Shown here in pieces: positions 61,365-64,000 of a stretch of 64,000 nucleotides of DNA. How positions within the stretch are numbered: the stretch's first letter is position 1; every line of letters starts with the position of its first letter. Both the position numbers and the translations under genes were made by a program. The stretch is from Waterburya sp. (GTDB lineage Bacteria; Cyanobacteriota; Cyanobacteriia; Cyanobacteriales; Xenococcaceae), in contig CBDCJV010000002.1 of assembly GCA_965217895.1 (NCBI GenBank), forward strand, positions 1,600,001-1,664,000, read 5' to 3'. The notes under the pieces were generated by a model that worked only from the letters and a program-made list of their open reading frames with translations, did not search any database and was not told where the DNA came from.

Positions 61365-64000
61365 ATGAATGAAACTGCCCTTGAACAATTTTGGGAATTG
61401 CTAGGATGGGTTCTGGCTCTAAAATCAGAGGCTTTCGCACAAATAAATACTTTACCCAATGGTTCGGCGATCGCAATCGCCGTAGTTATGGCTGCTGGGC
61501 TATCTCAAGCTGCTGCCCACAGCGTTATCTTATTTGTCAATCGTGTCAAACCAATACGCTTCATTTTTGGCTTAATTGTGGGAGGAATTCTGTTTGCCTT
61601 TGGCTATCTATTTTTAGTAGCTAGTACCTGGGCAATTAGCTTCGCTCTTACTTTTGAAGTTCCTTTTGGTGACTTGGCACGTACCCTGGCGTTTGGTTAC
61701 GCACCATTAATATTTAGTCTTTTTGGGGCAATGCCCTATTTTGGAGAACCAATCCTCTTACTTTTATCACTGTGGCAGTTGTTGGCGATGGTAGCAGGGG
61801 TTGCGGATGTAAGCAATACTAATGTCTGGCAGGCATTTGGCACAGTAGCATTAGGTTGGATTACCTTAGAAATATTACAGCGAACCATCGGACAGCCTAT
61901 TGCTCAATTCGGTCATTGGATTGCTTGTAAAACTACAGGTGTAAAGTTAGTTACTAAACGCAAACGGTTTAGGTCATTGGCACAGGGATTACGTTTGGAT
62001 TCTCTTGCTAATCCTACAGAAGTCGGTCTACCAAATGTAAAGAATACAGTTACCTCATCTAAGGTAAAACAAGATAAACCAAGCAAACCGAGACAACAGC
62101 ACGTAAACTTGTACGAGCAATCGCGCTTCTCTATTGCCTTTACTACAAGCAATGCTGTTACAAATACAACAGCTAGAAATCGTCGTTATAAATTAAGTCC
62201 AGTAGCTAAACAGTTACGCAGTTTGGCAATACTAGCTGGTGTTACCTTTGTAGCGGTTGTCCTCCTGTCTCCAATTCGCTATTGGTGGTTTGCTTGGTAC
62301 GGAAACCTAGACGAGCCTTTTAAGTTAATCTTTAATCTAGTCTGGATTGGGATAATTGCCTTAGTTGCTGCTGCAATACTATCACCCCTAGAAACATTAG
62401 GCTGGTGGGCAGGTTGGTATGGCGATCTCTCAAAAAGTGGTGCTGCTCCAAAAGAAATGCGATCGACTTCACATCAGAAACCGAATCACTATGTAATTTA
62501 CCTCGATGGTATCAGTCAATCAAAATTTGAATTTACGCCTGATATTCAAGATTTTTTTGCTGCTTTAGAACCCGCCTTACCAAAAAACATAGAGCTAATT
62601 AAAGAAATTATGGTTTATTCAGTTCGTGATAAACCACTAACCGCTAATCGTCCTCTATCATTCTTATGGCGTATGGCTGACTCGTTTAGATTTAAAAACC
62701 CAGCTAGCTTGTTTGGTTTGTTAGTTAATGTTCGCAATTCTCTAATAGTGGCGGTTTCTGCGGATAAACGCTATGGACCAATTTATAACTTCGGAATTGC
62801 GCGACTAATGTATCAAGCCCTGATGCTGCATGGCTATCAGCCCGATAGCAGAACACCCATTACTTTGATTGGCTTTAGCGGTGGCGGACAGATGGCAGTA
62901 GCAGCAGCCCCTTTCTTACAACGAGCCTTAAATGCGCCTATTGATGTTATTTCTTTGGGCGGAGTGATTAGCGGTAACGTAAACACCTTGAGACTAGAGC
63001 ATCTCTATCATTTATCTGGTGAAAAAGATGTGGTTGAACGTATTGGTCCTGTGATGTTCCCCCGACGTTGGGATATTTTTTTTCTATCATATTGGAATCG
63101 TGCCAAGCGTATGGGAAAAGTAAGTCTAATTTCTTTAGGACCAGTGGGGCATCAAGTACCAGGAGGAATAATGGACTCCCAACAGCGTCTACCTGACGGT
63201 CGTACTCACCTACAGCAAACTATTGATTGGATAGTAAAAATATTACAGGGTATTGCCGAACCCGAAGATCGCACAACTAGCAGCAAATTAAGTGATTACG
63301 AACGATTTCGCTCAAGAGCGTTTAATCGCTCCGAATCTTATCCAATCGAGCAATCTTTATCACCAGAATATTATCAGGCGATCGCGCCCTGGATGGGACG
63401 ATTAATTCTACCTGCTAAAGATCGGCGACAAGCAGTTCGAGGCGTGTTGTTTGAAGTCCATCATGCTCCTGAAAAATACAAACATCTAGTAGGACAAGTG
63501 GTAATCCTTCGCCTGGGCGACAACTTAGAAACCCGCTCTTATGTTCGAGCTGTAACGAAAGATGTGCATTTTAGTCCCCAAGCTGAGCATAGTTCCAAAC
63601 AGGGCAATATTCATCCAACTCGACTTAATCACTGGCGACAGGTCAACCCTTTAGAATCCTTGGCAGGTTCTCATCCCGTAGATGATGTAACAGTAATGTT
63701 ACCCGAACCTGTTATCGTGCATTCACAAGATAAAAATGTTATATCACATATCCTGTATATTTCTCACGACCCAGTGCAGATTACGGGACGCTACTATGCT
63801 CTAGTAAAATTCCTACAGCCAGTCCCAGACAGTGAACTGTTTAAAGTAATTCACTATAATCGAGCTTCAAAACAATTTGACGGGATAGAAGAAACCGTCA
63901 GAATGCCTCCCGTAGTACCCAATCGTAATAATACTTGTCCTTCTACTACCAAAAATATCGAACAATCTTACCTTAATAAAACAGGATGGTATCTTTACGG
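61365..64000 (+). CDS. Large membrane protein with a central alpha/beta-hydrolase-like domain (partial, runs off the window)
   Basis: MNETALEQFWELLGWVLAL..., a multi-TM N-terminus, YLDGISQ, LIGFSGGGQ (GxSxG) and GPVGH. No stop was found before the window end, consistent with its absence from the ORF track. Confidence 0.8.
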   Translation, partial: MNETALEQFWELLGWVLALKSEAFAQINTLPNGSAIAIAVVMAAGLSQAAAHSVILFVNRVKPIRFIFGLIVGGILFAFGYLFLVASTWAISFALTFEVPFGDLARTLAFGYAPLIFSLFGAMPYFGEPILLLLSLWQLLAMVAGVADVSNTNVWQAFGTVALGWITLEILQRTIGQPIAQFGHWIACKTTGVKLVTKRKRFRSLAQGLRLDSLANPTEVGLPNVKNTVTSSKVKQDKPSKPRQQHVNLYEQSRFSIAFTTSNAVTNTTARNRRYKLSPVAKQLRSLAILAGVTFVAVVLLSPIRYWWFAWYGNLDEPFKLIFNLVWIGIIALVAAAILSPLETLGWWAGWYGDLSKSGAAPKEMRSTSHQKPNHYVIYLDGISQSKFEFTPDIQDFFAALEPALPKNIELIKEIMVYSVRDKPLTANRPLSFLWRMADSFRFKNPASLFGLLVNVRNSLIVAVSADKRYGPIYNFGIARLMYQALMLHGYQPDSRTPITLIGFSGGGQMAVAAAPFLQRALNAPIDVISLGGVISGNVNTLRLEHLYHLSGEKDVVERIGPVMFPRRWDIFFLSYWNRAKRMGKVSLISLGPVGHQVPGGIMDSQQRLPDGRTHLQQTIDWIVKILQGIAEPEDRTTSSKLSDYERFRSRAFNRSESYPIEQSLSPEYYQAIAPWMGRLILPAKDRRQAVRGVLFEVHHAPEKYKHLVGQVVILRLGDNLETRSYVRAVTKDVHFSPQAEHSSKQGNIHPTRLNHWRQVNPLESLAGSHPVDDVTVMLPEPVIVHSQDKNVISHILYISHDPVQITGRYYALVKFLQPVPDSELFKVIHYNRASKQFDGIEETVRMPPVVPNRNNTCPSTTKNIEQSYLNKTGWYLY

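Overview
This is AT-rich cyanobacterial chromosomal DNA. HIP1 octamers (GCGATCGC) are frequent, and an hliP gene, a CIRCE-controlled groEL2 and an olefin synthase are present; the gene content suggests a Pleurocapsales-like host (inference). The conserved core holds ackA, an AI-2E transporter, mscS, groEL2, a 2764-aa olefin synthase (FAAL-ACP-KS-AT-KR-ACP-ST-TE), glk, two GT-C glycosyltransferases, nfi, a MotA/TolQ/ExbB operon with two ExbD-like genes, grxC, mutS2, hliP, rlmD and tilS. Three accessory patches interrupt it. (i) 1-3.4 kb: Tn3 and IS6 debris, an orphan res-like site and gene fragments. (ii) 19.3-23.15 kb: a truncated GxxExxY nuclease with 9-mer repeats, two integron gene cassettes each closed by a canonical attC site, a candidate attI-like site with no integrase in the window, and an intact-looking TnpB element. 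(iii) about 45-59 kb: LysR-linked enzymes, many truncated or fused genes, NtcA boxes, and an FCP1/NIF-type HAD phosphatase fused in frame to a PAS-PAS histidine kinase. The strongest unannotated signal is the attC cassette array. No rRNA, tRNA or CRISPR array was seen. All family assignments come from motif recognition, not database searches.
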